DNA from: Evtepia sp.
GTDB taxonomy: Bacteria > Bacillota > Clostridia > Lachnospirales > Lachnospiraceae
Length of the DNA stretch: 64,000 nucleotides
Reading direction: 5' to 3'
NCBI GenBank assembly: GCA_963597265.1
Contig: CAVBPJ010000005.1
Span: 582-64,581, forward strand
Below the pieces are notes generated by a model. That model saw only the letters and a program-made list of their open reading frames with translations, made no database searches and had not been told where the DNA came from. Made by a program: the position numbers and the translations under genes. Shown here in pieces: positions 61,738 to 64,000 of the stretch. Position 1 is the first letter of the stretch. Each line of letters starts with the position of its first letter.

Positions 61738-62172
61738 AACATACACAATCATTATATTGTTGCCCTTGTGTAGGTCTTTTTCCTGTCTTTCCCCATATTA
61801 ATGACACTCCTCCCCCTCTAAAGACCTACCACCTCCACTTAATTAGCTTCATTAGTAGGTTTTTCTCGCTCCTCCACGTCACTTTTTCATAATTTCGACC
61901 CACTAACTCTACATATTGTGCAACTTGCGTAGGTCTTTTTCCTGCCTTTCTCCTATTTAATGATACTCTTCCCCCTCCAACAACCTACCACCTCCACTTA
62001 ATTAGCTTCATTAGTAGGTTTTTCTCGCCCCTGCATTTCATTCTCTCATAGATTTAACCCACTAACTCTACATATCGTGCAGCTTGCGTAGGTCTTTCTC
62101 GCCCCTAAACGTCATTCTCTCATAAATTTAACCCACTCATTCTGCATATTGTTGCCCTTGCGTAGGTCTTTC
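61738..62172. repeat. Six-unit non-coding array ACCYAC-N25-GTAGGTYTTT with 74/85-bp period
   Basis: GTAGGT at 61770, 61855, 61929, 62014, 62088 and 62162; partner half-site exactly 25 nt upstream each time (first one degenerate, ACATAC). Confidence 0.9.
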
Positions 62173-62187
62173 CCTCTGTCTCCGTGC

Positions 62188-62228
62188 AAAAAAAGACAGC
62201 CTCCGCACACCCACGCAGAAGCTGCCTC
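62188..62228 (-). terminator. Intrinsic terminator after the ProX-like gene
   Basis: GAGGCAGCTTCTGCGT-GGGT-GTGCGGAGGCTGTCTT-TTTTT. Confidence 0.8.
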
Positions 62229-62293
62229 AAACATGTTTTTACATATTTCTTTAATCATGTATTTACATATCTTTACACTCATTATTCATATTC

Positions 62294-62851
62294 TTAATCA
62301 ACAGATTCTTCATACCTCGGCAGTTCAACTATCACCGCCTCATGATGAACAGCTGGAAGAAACTTCTCCATCACTTCTTTAGTCTTTAACTTAAGACTTG
62401 ATGTGTTGATGCAAGGATGGCATCCGAGAGATTCGCCCTCAAGCACTTCCTTATCCATCAGTAACTGAACATGGTTGTCTGTATCATTCATAAGTCCCAT
62501 TATAGATACCGAGCCTGGTGTTATATCAAGGAATTCCTCCATATATGATTCATCTGCAAATGAAAGTCTCGCTGAATTAATCTGCTTGCTCAGATCCTTT
62601 GTCTTAAAAGGCTTGTCACCCGGCATCATAAGCATATAAAAATTCGTCTTCTGTCTGTTACATAAGAAAAGATTCTTACATATAAGAGTGTCCAGAATCT
62701 TATCTATGTCATTGCATACTTCCATTGTTGTAGCCGTCTCATGGTCTGTTCTGTAATATTCCATTCCAAGCTTGTCTAACAAGTCATACACTCTGATTTC
62801 TTTCTCTAATCTTCCTGTTTCATCAGCAGGTCTTCCCTTAATAAGTTCCAT
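62294..62851 (-). CDS. YbaK/ProX family aminoacyl-tRNA editing protein
   Basis: CKNLFL, RLSFA, PGSVSIMGLMND, HPCINTSS; GGGAGA RBS before 62851. Confidence 0.88.
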   Translation of the reverse strand: MELIKGRPADETGRLEKEIRVYDLLDKLGMEYYRTDHETATTMEVCNDIDKILDTLICKNLFLCNRQKTNFYMLMMPGDKPFKTKDLSKQINSARLSFADESYMEEFLDITPGSVSIMGLMNDTDNHVQLLMDKEVLEGESLGCHPCINTSSLKLKTKEVMEKFLPAVHHEAVIVELPRYEESVD

Positions 62852-62866
62852 GATATTTCTCCCTGG

Positions 62867-62976
62867 CAATCTGTTAATCCGACAATCGGATATTCCAATA
62901 TTCCGATTATCTCATAATCCGACAATCTTATAATCCAATATCCAGATTATCCAACATCTAATAATCCAATATTCTA
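62867..62976. repeat. Degenerate 8-bp tandem repeat (about 14 units, consensus TAATCCRA)
   Basis: caatctgt taatccga caatcgga tattccaa tattccga ttatctca taatccga caatctta taatccaa... Confidence 0.8.
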
Positions 62977-63891
62977 CTCAAAATAATACAGATATACGTC
63001 CTCAAGGTCAATATTATCTCCAACTTTTACTGCCTCTTCTGGCAGCTCGTCGCCTACAACTCTTAATGCAAGTCCGTTCTTTCTCTGTCTGATATTGCCA
63101 ATCTTGTATTCCTTCTGCAGCTCGCCGACCTCGTCAAGTGTGCATGTTATCTCACCGACTTTTCCAGCCATGCTTTCAATCAGCTCAACCGGTGTTCCTG
63201 TCGCAATTATCTCTCCGCTCTTTAGAAGCAGTACCTTATCTGCGATACATTCAATATCACTTACAACATGAGTTGCGAAAAGAATTATCTTGTCCTTGGA
63301 CAGCTCTGCAATATAGTTTCTTATTGAAATTCTCTCTTTAGGGTCAAGTCCTGCCGTCGGCTCATCAAGAATAAGAATCTTAGGATTGCCAAGAAGTGCC
63401 TGTGCAAGCAGCACTCTTTGCTTCATTCCTCCTGAAAATCCTCCAATCTTCTTATATGCAACCTTAGTAAGATTAACAACCTCAAGCAGTTCATCAATCT
63501 GCTGGTTAACCGTCTTAACAACCTCATTGCCATTCTCATCAGTAGTCTTAATCTTCTTAACGCCCTTAATCTCTGCCATATATTTAAGAAATGCTTTAGG
63601 CGAAAAATCTTCATAAAAGCCCTGCTGCTGTGGCATATATCCAACCAATCCCCTGAACTGTTTGCCAAGCTTTAATATATCTTCCTCTGCGCTGTCCTCT
63701 CCAAAAAGAATACTTCCACCATTCATCTTGTCTCTCGATACATTATCAGTGATAAGATTAATCATAGTACTCTTGCCGGCTCCATTAGCACCAAGAATAC
63801 CATATACTCCCGGTGTAAATGTGTAATTAATCCCCTTCAGTGCCTGAACTGTACCATAAGTTTTCTTTAAATTCCTTACCTCTAATTTCAT
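62974..63891 (-). CDS. ABC transporter ATP-binding protein (ABC-2/drug-export type)
   Basis: GANGAGKST, FSGGMKQR, ILDEPTAGLDP, THVVSD; ATG 63891 overlaps the upstream stop. Confidence 0.93.
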   Translation of the reverse strand: MKLEVRNLKKTYGTVQALKGINYTFTPGVYGILGANGAGKSTMINLITDNVSRDKMNGGSILFGEDSAEEDILKLGKQFRGLVGYMPQQQGFYEDFSPKAFLKYMAEIKGVKKIKTTDENGNEVVKTVNQQIDELLEVVNLTKVAYKKIGGFSGGMKQRVLLAQALLGNPKILILDEPTAGLDPKERISIRNYIAELSKDKIILFATHVVSDIECIADKVLLLKSGEIIATGTPVELIESMAGKVGEITCTLDEVGELQKEYKIGNIRQRKNGLALRVVGDELPEEAVKVGDNIDLEDVYLYYFE

Positions 63892-64000
63892 ACCCTGTAC
63901 CTTCTCTTTCCTAATGATTTTCCAACCTTCATCATAACCAGCATAATTACAAGCTCGCATACCAGCTCTGTCATATAACGCACAATCATGAATTGTCCTA
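63888..64000 (-). CDS. 3' end of a membrane protein (probable ABC permease), partial
   Basis: Own translation ...GQFMIVRYMTELVCELVIMLVMMKVGKSLGKRRYRV*, with TGA overlapping the next ATG (ATGA). Confidence 0.65.
   Translation of the reverse strand, partial: GQFMIVRYMTELVCELVIMLVMMKVGKSLGKRRYRV

Noticed and set aside
61738..62172. CRISPR array
   Set aside because: Only 6-10-nt boxes are conserved, intervening segments are duplicates of each other rather than unique spacers, and no cas gene is in the window. Kept as an unexplained array.
1..64000. Prophage, integrase, transposase, tRNA or rRNA genes
   Set aside because: No such ORF motifs or RNA gene signatures recognised by eye anywhere in the window.

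Overview
Low-GC Firmicutes chromosomal segment; gene content and order suggest a spore-forming Lachnospiraceae (inferred, not proven). Almost all genes lie on the minus strand. In coordinate order it holds: envelope and sporulation genes (CvpA-like, LysM protein, yyaC); an aconitase-family hydratase; an orphan soluble histidine kinase; a complete monoderm Tad/Flp pilus locus with two prepilin peptidases; yaaL and a GH25 muramidase; nudC and two COG0523-type GTPases, one with a long His-rich tandem repeat; whiA-rapZ-murB-glk-hprK-uvrC; an ECF sigma/anti-sigma/MoxR/DUF58/transglutaminase module; an Fe-alcohol dehydrogenase with a Rex-like operator; an accessory island (ABC exporter, three paralogous lipoproteins, divergent LytTR/GHKL pair); tkt; a TPR/degenerate-AAA protein; a three-gene Wadjet-III/MksBEF-like SMC system with no adjacent JetD nuclease, directly behind dnaX-ybaB-recR; and the large SRP RNA. 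The most unusual items are (i) the nuclease-less SMC operon in a core replication locus, (ii) a six-unit non-coding array of inverted half-sites with invariant 25-nt spacing and 74/85-bp period upstream of the SRP RNA, (iii) a multi-hairpin element between the SRP RNA and dnaX, (iv) lipoprotein paralogues with near-identical 5' ends and divergent bodies, and (v) a near-consensus sigma-A promoter firing antisense through yaaL towards the tad operon. All family calls come from reading motifs by eye; no database search was run. Several starts were moved from the ORF track to RBS-supported codons.
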